Positions 36,360 to 48,420 of a DNA stretch of 64,000 nt are shown piece by piece (the stretch's first letter is position 1; every line of letters begins with the position of its first letter). The stretch covers positions 130,670 through 194,669 of the forward strand of contig NW_003314398.1 in the NCBI RefSeq assembly GCF_000143415.4, read 5' to 3'. This DNA comes from Selaginella moellendorffii (lineage: Eukaryota; Plantae; Lycopodiophyta). Made by a program: the position numbers and the translations under genes. The notes under the pieces were generated by a model, which saw nothing but the letters and a program-made list of their open reading frames with translations, ran no database searches and had not been told where the DNA came from.

Positions 36360-38411
36360 ATGGCGCCGGTCGATTCGTGCACGACGCCATTGCTCCAGGA
36401 CGGCCAGACTACTGAAGCGCCGGTAAGTTCTTGGCTGGAATTTCTTTCTTGATCTGAGAGCGAGCGCTTGTTGTTGTGGAATCGTCAGCTCGAGGATCCC
36501 AAGCAGAGCTCCAGCTCGCGGCAGAACGTTTGCGAGGACGACGATGTCGATGGGACGTATTACACGGGCGATGGATCCGTGGATTCGTCCGGGCGCCGCT
36601 CGATCAGGGCCAAGACCGGCGGCTGGAAGGCCTGCCCTTTCATTCTAGGTGGAGATTGGCATACGTTGTGATCGCTTTCTCACTTTCTCGCAGGGAACGA
36701 ATTTTGCGAGCGATTGGCGTACTATGGCATCAACACGAACCTGGTCGTGTATTTGACAACGGTGTTGCATCAAGGCAATGCCGCCGCTGCTAAATCCGTC
36801 ACTGCTTGGTCTGGCACTTGCTACCTCACGACCTTCATTGGTGCGTTTCTCGCGGATTCGTATTGGGGACGCTACTGGACCATAGGAATTCTCTCCATTT
36901 TCTATGCAATCGTAAGCAACTGTTCTTTGTTCTTTTCCTGGCTTCGTCTCTAACTTGTTTTGGTTCTCGCAGGGGATGATTCTTCTCACTCTGTCAGCCT
37001 CCTTGCCCTCGCTGAAACCGTCCGTTTGTCCTCTCGACAACACCCCCTGCGAGAGTGCCACTCCGGGGCAAATGGCGTTCTTCTACACCGCCCTGTACCT
37101 CATCGCTTTCGGGACCGGTGGCATCAAGCCCTGTGTGTCCTCTTTCGGAGCTGACCAGTTCGACACTGGAGATCCCACCGAGAGAGCACACATGACGTCG
37201 TTTTTCAACTGGTTCTACTTCTCCATCAACGTTGGAGCTCTTATCGCCAGCAGCGTGATCGTGTACATACAGGTGAACGTCGGATGGGGAATCGGATTCG
37301 CAATACCTGCAGTCACGATGCTGGTGGCCATATGCACTTTCTTCTTCGGGACGCCGCTGTATAGGAACCAAAAGCCCGGTGGAAGCTCACTCACTCGTAT
37401 CGCCCAAGTCATAGTTGCTGCCAGCGCGAAGTCCCGAGTACAAGTCCCGGCGGACGAGCGGCTTCTGTACGAGGTGCCGGACAAGGAATCGGCCATCCAG
37501 GGAAGCAGGAAGATCGAACACACTGACGAGCTCACGTAAGATCTTTGCTAGTTTTGTTCGCTGATTAGTTTCGCTTTGAATCCACCAGGTGTTTGGACAA
37601 AGCAGCGACACAAACAGCTCCTGAGTTAGAAAACCGACCAAGTCCTTGGCGCTTATGCACAGTCACTCAGGTCGAGGAAGTAAAGATCTTTGTCCGGATG
37701 CTACCAATATGGGCGAGCACGATTGTCTTCTTCACGGTCTACTCGCAGATGTCCACCTTCTTCGTGGAGCAGGGCCAGAGAATGGATCCCAAACTGGGTC
37801 CAAAGTTTAACATCCCGGCAGCATCGCTCACCGTCTTCGACACGCTCACCATCATCGTCTGCGTGCCACTCTACGACTGGTTCCTGGTGCCGCTGGTCCG
37901 AAAGTTCACGGGCCACCCGCAGGGATTCACCCAGATCCAGAGGATGGGAATCGGCCTCGTTCTCGCCACTGCTTCGATGCTGGTAGCGGCGGTGGTGGAA
38001 GTGAAGAGGCTCCAGCTCGCGGCCGAGTTTGATCTCCTGGACAACGTCACGGATCCGGTCCCGATGAGCATTCTCTGGCAGATACCGCAGTACTTCCTCA
38101 TCGGTGCCTCGGAAATTTTCACGGCCATTGGGCAGCTCGAGTTCTTCTACGATCAGGCACCCGACGCGATGAGGAGCTTGGCGAGCGCGCTGGCGCTCAG
38201 CACGACGGCGCTGGGGAACTACTTGAGCAGCTTCTTGGTGGCGGTGATCTCCGCAACGAGTTCTTCCGGGAGTTCCGGGTGGATCCCAAACAATCTAAAT
38301 CGCGGCCACCTGGATTACTTCTTTTTGGTGGTGGCGGCGCTCAGCGCTCTCAATGGGCTCTTCTTCTGGGCATGCTCGAGAGGCTATCGATACAAGAAAG
38401 TTACCGTGTAA
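36360..38411 (+). CDS. NPF (NRT1/PTR) transporter, NPF8/PTR-like, copy C
   Basis: MAPVDSCTTPLL..., [40 protein letters not shown] and EFFYDQAPDAMRS. Confidence 0.93.
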
Positions 38412-38518
38412 ATATTTTACATTGGACTAATGTAACTTCTCGAGAAGATTTAAATACTTCACTTTTAATTTCAACTCAATTCATGGTTTTCGCGCGCATT
38501 TTCTAGGGTTTATGGGCT

Positions 38519-40848
38519 ATGGCGGGCGAGGAGGGGGAAATAAGAGAATCGTGGAAGCAGGCGCTGGATCGCAAGCTCGGGCGGCTGCATTCTTTGCTGT
38601 TTGGGGTGGAGGCCGCGATCAAGGCGGAGGAATGGGAGAAGGCGCTGGGTCTGGGGCTTTGTCTGCTGGGATTTCTCGAGAGCGAGACGAGGACGAGAGA
38701 GGATGCGGTGTACACTGCTCCAATAAAGAGGCATGTCCAGGATCTGATCGATGCGGCCAGGGACAAATTCTACCAAGGTTTTGAGAGGTAAGTCGATTTT
38801 GGCCATGAAATCTAGCTTACGTAGTGATTTGGTTGAAGAAATGCGCTCGCACAGACAGCTCGATCTAGCGGCGCGGTTTTTGGGGGAGGCCAGCACCGTG
38901 TAGACGTCGCAGGGATTAGAAGCTCTCCGCTTTACAGACCATTATGTGGTGACAGCATCGTGAGTGATCTTTGCAGAATTTTTTATTTTTCCTTTCTCTC
39001 GTGGTTTTGACAATCTGAACTTACAGGAACCAATGGATATTGATCGCATAGACGTCAGCCCGGGAGAGAGCAAGAAGCGCGGAAGAGTCGTGTGTGAGCC
39101 GCCAAAGGAAGATATGATAAGGAACAAGTCTGTCGTTGTAGAGAAGCAAAATCCTGTGGAGAGTTCAGGAGGATTTGTCACAGCAAAGCAAAAATGGGTA
39201 AGCATTTTGAACTTTTTGACAGTTCTCCGCAGAAATTTCTTTCCTCAGGCACTTGACTCCAAGAAAACGGGATCAACATCGTGTCCAGCACCTACAGGGA
39301 CCAACACCACCGCTAAGACTCTGGGCCGCCGGAATGTTCGAAGTTCTTTTACACCACCTCTTCGCTCCAATGGGGGAGGAACAACCACGCAGAATTCGGA
39401 TGCTGCCATATCCGAGTCGACCACCAAATGGTACGTTCTCATGTCCATTTGGTTTAGTTTCTCAACGGTGTCATGTTAGCTTGGAACTTCTCTCTGGTCC
39501 CGATGGCGAGCTGCCTGACAAATTGCGCAATCTGGAACCTCGCCTGCTTGAGCACATAAGCAACGAAATAATGGAAAGGGATTCAAACGTTCGCTGGGAT
39601 GACATAGGTAGCGCTTTTTCTCACTCATTAGTTTCTGTTGTAACTTCATTTTTTTGCAAACAGCTGGACTGGATCATGCTAAAAAGAGTGTCACAGAAAT
39701 GGTGATTTGGCCTCTTTTACGCCCGGACATTTTCCATGGCTGCCGCTCGCCAGGAAAAGGACTCCTCCTTTTTGGCCCCCCTGTAAGTGTATATATCGAG
39801 GGCATTGATGAAGCAACTCAAGAATGTGACAGGGAACAGGCAAGACAATGATAGGAAAAGCGATCGCTGGCGAATCAAAAGCTACATTCTTTTCAATATC
39901 AGCAAGCTCGCTAACTAGCAAATGGGTAACTTTGATTTTCTTCCTAGCACATGCTAATTTTTCTGTTCAGAGTTGCAGATTGGTGAAGGCGAGAAGCTTG
40001 TCCGGGCTTTGTTTGGTGTAGCCAGTTGTCGCACACCAGCGGTGATATTCATCGACGAAGTGGACTCCCTCCTATCTCAGGTATCGTCGACAATCTGAAC
40101 ATCTCGTTCGGTATTTACTTTTTTAAAACCAGAGGAAATCAGAGGGAGAGCATGAATCAAGCCGAAGGATAAAGACGCAGTTTCTCATCGAGATGGAAGG
40201 TATTGGCAGTGGTAACGAGCAGCTTCTTCTTATAGGTAAGCCAGGGACTGATCGATGGATTGTAGAGTTCGACAAAAACGTTTCAGGTGCTACAAACAGG
40301 CCTCAAGAGCTTGATGAAGCAGCTCGCCGTCGTTTCTCGAAGAGGCTATACATACCACTTCCTTCTGCTGGTAATTCATTCTCGCCTCACGTTATGCTTG
40401 ACTATGCTTCCCATGCAGAGGCTCGAGGATGGATTGTTCGTAACCTCTTGCAAAAGGATGGTCTCTTTTGTATGTCCAGCAGCGACATGGACGAAATATG
40501 CTCAATGACCGAGGGTACATACAGACACCAGCTTTCATAACCGGAATCAAGCTCGTCCTTTTGCTGCTTCCAGGCTATTCCGGTTCTGACATGAACAACC
40601 TCGTCAAAGAAGCATCCATGTATCCTCTCCGCGAGGCGCTCAAAGCGGGGAAAGACATTGGCAAGATTAGCACCGAAGAAATGCGAGCTATTGGGCTACA
40701 GGTAAGCAAAAGCTTCCACTCTACGTACTCTAAATCTCCTTTGCAGGACTTCAGGGCCGCTCTTCAAGAAGTAAAGCCTTCAGTCTCGAAATGCGAGCTG
40801 GGTGCCTACGAGGATTGGAACTCTCAGTTTGGAAGCCTGTGCTTGTGA
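38519..40848 (+). CDS. FIGL1: Fidgetin-like 1 AAA ATPase
   Basis: [25 protein letters not shown], Walker A GPPGTGKT, Walker [27 protein letters not shown] and Vps4_C-like [11 protein letters not shown]. Confidence 0.92.
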
Positions 40849-40993
40849 CGAACAAGGAGCGAGCGAGGAGCGGCATCACTAGAAGATTAAAGAGTTATGG
40901 TACGTGCTTCAACAAGCGTCCAGCTTATTTCATCGTTATCGTGCGAACGCTCCAGGGAGGAAGGATGGACAGGCCGGGGCTGGTTGAGGCTCG

Positions 40994-41922
40994 TCACATA
41001 AAGTCGTCCTCAATCTCCTGGAGAGACTTGCCTTTGCCGGCAATATCCTTGTTGGAAGTCATTTTCTCCGACACCATCAGGGCTTTGTAGCTCCGGACGT
41101 CCGCCTCCCTCTCCTTCTGGACGCGCTCCAGCTCTTCGCGACGTTTCTGCTCGGAAAGACAAACAAGTTCTAGCGGCCTGGGACAAAGAAAAATCGCCAG
41201 ACCTTGTCGCGCATCTGGTTCTTTCGCTCCGCTCGTTCCTGGGAGTTGTAGACCTCTCTCTCGGCTGAAACGAGGAAGAGGATGATACCATGAAAACTAT
41301 CTGGCGAAAGAACGAACAACGCTACCTTTCAAGTCTGGAGTTCTTTCGACTTTGGTCTTGTTGAGCCGGTTGACGATTTCATTCACGCGCTTCTCGACCT
41401 TGACAGTCCGGACCTGTGAAGGAGCAAAGAGAAGTGAAACTTACAGCAGGAAAGAAACGGCTTACGAGCTTGGGATTGTGGAATCCAACTTGGCCGACGT
41501 CCATGGAAGACGACTTTTTAAGATTCGACCAGGGAGTGTAGACGATGTCGAGATTGTTGATCTTGTTCCCTGGAGCAGAAGCAAAGTTGTAAAGAACGAT
41601 CAAACTTCCAAGCGTGTTGCTTGTTACCTTGGATGGAGTTTGCCTTGACGAGCTGAGCGCAGTCCTCCAGGAGCTCCGCGCTGATATTGTCCATGGTCTG
41701 GCCTTTGTGGAGCCTCAAGTAGACATGAGCCGAGGAGAGCTTGTCAACGTGAAACCTGGGAAGATCCAAACCAGGAAAATTCCTTAGGGAAGAGAAGAAT
41801 TGGCCATACCAGATATCCTCGGGGAAGCCATACTTGATGAGGTCCTCGTTCTCGTGCTTGTCCAGCCCCATGTAGATGGTGAAGTCGCCCACCTCGGGCC
41901 TGGCCTTGAAGTAGTAGACCAT
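40994..41922 (-). CDS. CCDC25: Coiled-coil domain-containing protein 25 (NFACT-R type)
   Basis: MVYYFKARP...[62 protein letters not shown], ending in EDDFM. Confidence 0.93.
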
Positions 41923-42238
41923 CCCTCGACGGCGCTCCACTAAAAAACCTAGAAGTAAAACTCCCCAGCAAGAAAAACAATCGCGTTTTGATTGGACTTT
42001 GACTATGATCGACAAGAGATTCGGGCGTGACCGCGCACGGGGAAGAACGACAGACCTCTCTGTACTTTGTTGACACGTTCTATACGGCTGAAAATGTCTT
42101 TCTCTGAACAAGTCTCTAAGAACGAGTCTTCTGACACCTTGATATATATCTATCCGGGCGCCTCGAGAAGAAGAAGCAAAGGACCCCCAAAAGCGGGAAG
42201 GAGGCGCGATCAAAGCAGCAAGCACCACTGATCTTGAA

Positions 42239-43062
42239 ATGGAAATCAATGGTATTGTGTGGAAACGGAAGAATTCTAGAATCGCCATCGCATTGAAACA
42301 TTGGTTTTTTGCTTAGTTCTTGGTGGGAGAGAGCTCAAGGACACCGAATGGTTTGGCACGCAGGACCCGTATGTGATTTTACAGTATGGATCCCAAAAGT
42401 TCACAACAAAAACTTGCAAAGGTATGGCACATTTCTCCTCGTTTTTTTCTAAAGTTTTATCAATCTAGATGGTGGTGAGAATCCTGTGTTCAACGACAAC
42501 TTCACGCCCTCCCTGATCGAGGGTGTTCGAGAGATGAGTGTGGAGGTTTGGAACGAGAACTCGATGAGATCCGATCAGTGTATTGGCGCAGGAAAGGTGC
42601 TCCTCGACAAAGTCTTAGCTTCCGGCTATGATGATCGAAGCTGGCCACTCAAAACAAAGAGGGGAAAGTAGTTATCTAAACTCTTGGATCTTGGAACTTT
42701 AGAAAACTAATTGCTGACAAAACATTTCCCGTTGCAGGGACGCTGGGAAAGTGAGGCTGATTTTGCACTGCGACACTACAGTTGGGATTTATCCTCCTCA
42801 AGGTGGCAATGCTCCAGCAGCTCAATGCGAGAGTGGAGAGCCAGAAACATCAGAGAAGACCTCTTCAGCATCAGGGATTGGGAGCGCGATCAAGAAATTG
42901 GTTGGAGGCCACAGGCAAGGAGAACAAAAGCAAGAGGGAGGACATGAACAAAATGAAGAGCACAAAGCAGAAGAAGTAGAAGGAGCGGAAGAAGGAGGAG
43001 GAGAAGAAGAAGAAGACGAAGAAGAGTCTGAGTCGGAGGAGGAGGAGGAAGATGATGAGTGA
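42239..43062 (+). CDS. C2-domain protein with acidic tail
   Basis: [37 protein letters not shown] and a poly-Glu C-terminus. Confidence 0.85.
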
Positions 43063-43637
43063 TGATCAGCCATAAAAATCGTAAGTTGGGATTTCCATTT
43101 GCTTGCGATTGAGTTTGCTTGAAAGGTTTTATAACGATTAAATATAAATTTAATACTTTTTAATAATCACACCACAGAAATTACCAAAAAGCAAAATATC
43201 CTTTCATTTTTAATTAGTATTTTTTATTTATGTATATTAAATTATGTACCATAGTTGCTAAATATTTAAAATATTAATAATAAATAAGTTTTTAAAATGA
43301 TGAGAAAGAAATTTCCTTAGCTTTTGAAGTATATAATAGAAGCTTATATATATCAAATGCATTCTTTAGAAATATATATGAATCCTGTATAATTATATTA
43401 TTTGTGTAACTCTTTTTCTTAATACTTTTTATGTTAATAATAGCAACTGAATTAAATTGAAATGTTAAATGTGAAGATTTTGGATAATTATTATTTTGTG
43501 GAAAATGTTTAAAATAAAATATGACAATTTGCAATGAAAGAAGAGAAAGCACTAAAACTTTTGGATCTTAATACTTCAGAAAATCAATTGCTAATAAAAC
43601 ATTTAAAGCTCACAATACTCCGTTAGCGTGAAAAACC

Positions 43638-43702
43638 TTAAGATGGTTTATGATTAACTTATGATTAAGATGGTTTATGATTAATTAAGATGGTTTATTA
43701 AT
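43638..43702. repeat. Short tandem repeat (TTAAGATGGTTTAT, 3 copies) in an AT-rich intergenic region
   Basis: Visible direct repeats. Confidence 0.6.
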
Positions 43703-44031
43703 TAGTGCAACTGATTAAATAAAACAACTTGGGAAATATATTATTTATCTTTCATTTTTATTTTGTCTGTATAATATAAATCACACTTTGTAGTTAAACA
43801 GTATAAAAATGATTTTAAAAATTAATAAATACAAATTAGGTTTTCCTCAAATCAAAGTGTTGCTACACAAATGATTTCATGATTTATTTCAAAAATGTAA
43901 TTCAGAAAAAGGAAACTAATGTCTAAAAAACTAAAATTACAATATCAATGCTTTAAACCAGGATGGTTATTGTTGAAACAAAAAGCACTCAAAATTACAA
44001 ACAGCTGTTACAAAGAGCCCTAAACTTGGAT

Positions 44032-45232
44032 ATGGGGCGCGTGTGCCAGGGCTTCCTCCAATGCCTCCTCAAGCTCGTCAATTTCGTGCTCATCCTCCTC
44101 GGCATCGCGATGATCGTCTACTCCTTGTGGATGCTCAACGAGTGGCACTCCCGCCAGGAGCCATCGCATCCGCCGGCGGCGTCTCCTGCTCCGGAGCAGC
44201 TCCAGGATCATCACCACGCGTTTCTGGCGATCGTGGCGGAGAAGGGGAATGGCTATCCTCGGGGCCCGGGTAGGGCTACGTGGATGATCGATCTGGAGCC
44301 AGCGATCACGCTGGGGAAGAGTCTCCCGGCTCCCTGGTGAGTCTATCTGTTCTAGATCCCTTTTCTTTCTTGTCTCTTATCTCGCATTTGCAAGGTTCAT
44401 CTATGCGTTCTTAGGGGTGGGAGCGATTGTTTTGGTGATCACTTGCACCGGCCATGTTGCTGCCGAGACTGCCAGTGGCTGTTGCCTTTGCTTCGTATCC
44501 ATTGTTCTTTCTTTTGCTACCTCTTCCAGAATTTTTTTTTCTTGCTTCCTTGACTGCTAATCCAGTACACTTTGTTGTTGGTGGTGCTTTTGCTCGCGCA
44601 AGCTGTTCTAGCTGGATTTATCATCTTTGATAAGAACTGGGAGAAGGTACTAGCTCGTTTCTCTACTTCTTGGCTTCAAGACTCTCGTTCCTCACAGGCA
44701 GTTCCGGAAGATCCAACTGGCGAATTCGACAGGATCGCACACTTTATAAAGCGCAACTTCGCGATTTGCAAGTGGGTGGCTCTGGGAGTAATCATTCTTG
44801 AGGTAATCACCGCGAGCTTTTCTTTTCTCTGTCGTTGTAGCTGAGAAACAAGATTGGCAGGCTCTCTCCCTGTTCTTGGCAATCGTCTTGAGGTCCGTGG
44901 CCTTGGGAGCCCAGAGAGGCTACGACAGTGACGATGACATGCCGGTGAGAAACACGAGGCAGCCTCTCTTGAACCGTCAGGCGACGCAGTCGAATGCAAC
45001 TCCATCAGCTCCAGCCGAGAGCCGACCACCACGCAACGATGCCTGGAGCACCAGGATGCGAGAAAAGGTTGCTTCCAAATCTTTCTTTTTGCCTTGGCTG
45101 AGTTTTCAATCGCTCGTGTCGCAGTATGGCTTGGACACCGCCGAGTTCACGTACAATCCAGTGGATTCCAAGAGAGTTCCAGCGCAAAACCAGCCCCCTC
45201 CCGAGCCGAAGAGAGGATGTGTGATCATGTAA
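44032..45232 (+). CDS. TOM2A: TOM2A-like tetraspanin
   Basis: [49 protein letters not shown] and a C-terminal CaaX (CVIM). Confidence 0.88.
44495..44565 (+). other. U12-type (minor spliceosome) GT-AG intron
   Basis: 5' site GTATCCATT and branch TTCCTTGAC (44546-44554) ending 11 nt before the intron end. Removal keeps the frame (GCCLCF|YTLL). Confidence 0.8.
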
Positions 45233-45362
45233 ATACGTGTGAGATTCGTAGGATAATCGTGTTTCCACTGGCATATTCGTAACGTAATGCTTTTAGGGCT
45301 TAGAGAAAGAATATTCACGGAATTTATAGAGCTTTCAAACTTTACAAGCTCGCGGATGCGTG

Positions 45363-47211
45363 CTAGCTGATCGCTGGAGGCATGTCCATGAGCGTCACTT
45401 CCGGGCTCTTGGAGAATTCATCGTCGCTGCTCAAGCCATCCTCGCTGACAGCATCGTCGGCCCTCTCGCGGAGCCACGGCTCGAGCGCTTCGTCCATGCG
45501 GCCGCCAAACACCGGCTTGATGTAGCCCTGGTCCAGCCACCGGAACACGGCGTGTGGGACGGAGCGAGGACCCCAGTCGTCTTCTTCGTGGGAGTACTTG
45601 AGCTCGTGGGCTTGCAAACTTGTCATCCTTGAGCTCGACGGGGGCGACGAGAGTCCCAGGAGTTTTAGCATCGGACCTGTGGAGCTCCCGAAGAGCAGGG
45701 TGGTGACGACGACGATGAACAAGGTGGTGGTCTCGATAGCGCGGTTCTTCGTCGGTATGTTCACGGCTAGAGCGTACGAGACGGCGCCACGGAGGCCGCA
45801 CAGCCACATCATCGATTTCATGGGTGTTGTTATCGGCCACCGCCTGGATCACAGCAAAGTTAAGCCATGGAAGACAAGTGATTGAGACGAGAGCTTTTAC
45901 CGTCCTTTGTTTGCCAGCCATGAGAGTGGAAAGATGTTGATGGCCCTCGAGATTAGACACAGGGGGATCGCTGAGAGTATGAGTCCTGTGTCGAACTTGT
46001 GGTCGAGCAGCACAACTTGCATTCCCAAGTATCCAAACACGAAGATCTCCGCCAGGAAAGATAGAGCCTCTAGCGCATACCTCGAGCCGATTTTCGATGC
46101 CTGTGACGAGTTGTAGTAGCCGTAGTGAGCGTTGCAGATGCCGCAGAAGAAAAGGGACATGATGCCGGAGAGTGACAGTAGTTCGCCGACGGCGTAGGCT
46201 ACGTAAGCCGAGATGAGAATGAAGGCCAGCTCGAACTTGGCGTATTCACTCTTGGAGTCTATGAACTTCAGCACCAGTGCACACAACAGCGACACCACAA
46301 AGCCCAAAGCCGTCGAGGCAACGCTGATGACACAAAACTGCACTGTATCACAATGAAAGAGAGCACTGGTATCGTTGTACTTGCTAGAAGAAAATTGCGT
46401 GCTTACCTATGGCAACACCAATGGTCGAGAAAGTGAACTTTATATCCAGGAAAGACTCCTGTAAGCCAGTGCTCGTTAAGTAACAATGATAAAAAGAAAA
46501 AAGCTTACAAAAGTCCGGAAGAGAACTATCGCGCTAGCATCGTTGACAAGGCTCTCGCCTAGAACAAGGTTGTACAGCAATGTAGGAGCATGAACGTCTG
46601 GATTGAGAAGGATGTAAGCACCAATAGCAAACTCATCGTAGTACCTTGGAATATGGACAGCGTTGCGACGGGATCAATCGCGGATATGAGAGCTCCAAAC
46701 ATTAGAGAGTCGAGCAATGGCGCTTCCTTACTCAAGTGCCTGATGACACCGGCCAAGTAGAGGAAGTAAGTAAGGAGGCCATAAGCAAGAGCCGAGACAA
46801 CCGTTCCAGCCACTGCGAAGAGCATGATCGTCGTGAAGTTGCGAAAAAAATCCTGAGAAGAAATCCAAGCAAAGTTCTTAGCGAGCTGGAGAATGCCAAG
46901 GGAGGCATACCTTTCGTTTGAGGGAGTAGCCAGCATTGAAAATAATAATTGGAAGTAGCCAGTAGAAGAAAGCCTGATTATCAAACGTGAGATTTCCGCC
47001 ATCGAAGAAGAGCTTGGACAATCCTCCGAATAGAATGCCGAGAATCATCGCGGCGGCTGGAAGGCAAACGATTCATGAGCTCTGGGAAGAAATTTCATTT
47101 CCACGAACCTGATTCCGTCAAGTAGATGAACTGGTGCTTCTTCGCGAGGTACGCCACGAGCACGGCCACGATCATGAGCAGGCAGCAGAGGAGAATGTCT
47201 TCCATCGCCAT
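45363..47211 (-). CDS. Na+/H+ exchanger (CPA1/NHX-NHE family)
   Basis: FFYWLLPIIIFNAGY, FGALISAIDPVATL, GESLVNDA, LSGIMSLFFCGI and GLRGAVSYALA. Confidence 0.9.
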
Positions 47212-47314
47212 GGCGAGCGAATTTGCGGGGACCTCGAGCTGGACGCATTCCCTGTTCCAATATGCCCTAAATTTTCTAAAAAGATTTTAGGGCTCCTCCC
47301 CTCTTCTTCCTCTC

Positions 47315-48327
47315 ATGTTTGCAGCCAAGGCGCTCAAGAGGTCCGGCGACGTGCTGCGCCTCCATCTTCGCGCCGCGGCGCATCGATCGTTCTCGTCGGC
47401 AGCCGCGCCTTGTTCCGATAGTAAGGTTTACAGCGATGCGAGCCGCGCATCGCGAGAGCTTTGGCTGAAATATTTCTTTGTTGCGCCTTGGCAGCAGCAG
47501 CCGCCGCCGCCGGATCAAATGCAAGCTCGAGAACTCTTCTCGGTGTTCTACGCGAGGCACAACAACAAGGTAAAGAAGAAGAAGAAATAATTCTCGAGAG
47601 AAAAAGCTTGTAAGAATTTCTTCCTCTGGTAGGAAGATTTCCATTCGCCTGTGGACTTCTCCATCCACTCCTACCGCCGAGAGAGGGCCGCCTTCTTCTC
47701 AACCATGACTCCAAGGGAGCGTCAAAAGATCATGCTACAGGTACTTCAGTTCATCTCTCAAGTTTCTTTTCCAATCACAATTTCCAGAGCTTCGATCGTC
47801 CAAAGTTTGGGTTGCATCTCCCAACGAGGAGCTCGACAAGACAAGCTTCATGATCTCGTCATGGATAAGGAAGTTGTGGGTGCCGACGCTGGCCGTGTTG
47901 ACAGTCATCCTGGGTTGGCAGTACCCGGTGAGCTTGGCCGTCAATCTGCTTCTCTTGGTCTGGAGCACAAAGCCAACTCCAGCGTCGATTCACATATGGC
48001 TTGAAGAGGTAGCTTCTTCCTTTTCTTCTCTTTCTCTTTTGACGTTTGATCGTTTGTTCTAGAGGCGAATGGAGGCAGCGATCCAGAAGCAAGGCCTAGA
48101 CCGCTTCAAACACCAGGTAGAAAACTTGAAAGGAATACCTGAGCCTGACACTTGTGTGTGCTTGGCATTGGCAGCTCAACTTCTCGCTAGTCAAGCACAT
48201 CCAGGTGGAAGACCATCTCCTCTTCTGCTTGGCCCGAGTGAGCGGCCTCACGGAGTCGATCGTGCTGCTTGGCTTTCTCGGCAACTGGTGGGTCTTGCAC
48301 TCGTCCACGGTTTTCTTGAAATACTGA
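47315..48327 (+). CDS. Uncharacterised plant membrane protein, possibly organelle-targeted
   Basis: Transit-peptide-like N-terminus. Later exons read WSTKPTPASIHIWLEE and VEDHLLFCLARV...LLGFLGNWW. The middle exons are uncertain. Confidence 0.6.
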
Positions 48328-48420
48328 GCTCTGTACATACGCAAAGAGTCACTTGTTCTGGAAGCACGGTCTCGTAAGAGTTATCTCTGCTGCTGGAATG
48401 TTAGAACATCTGTGAACGGC

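Noticed and set aside
43963-44031. Upstream in-frame ATG extension of TOM2A
   Set aside because: AT-rich and non-conserved. The family-like N-terminus begins at 44032.
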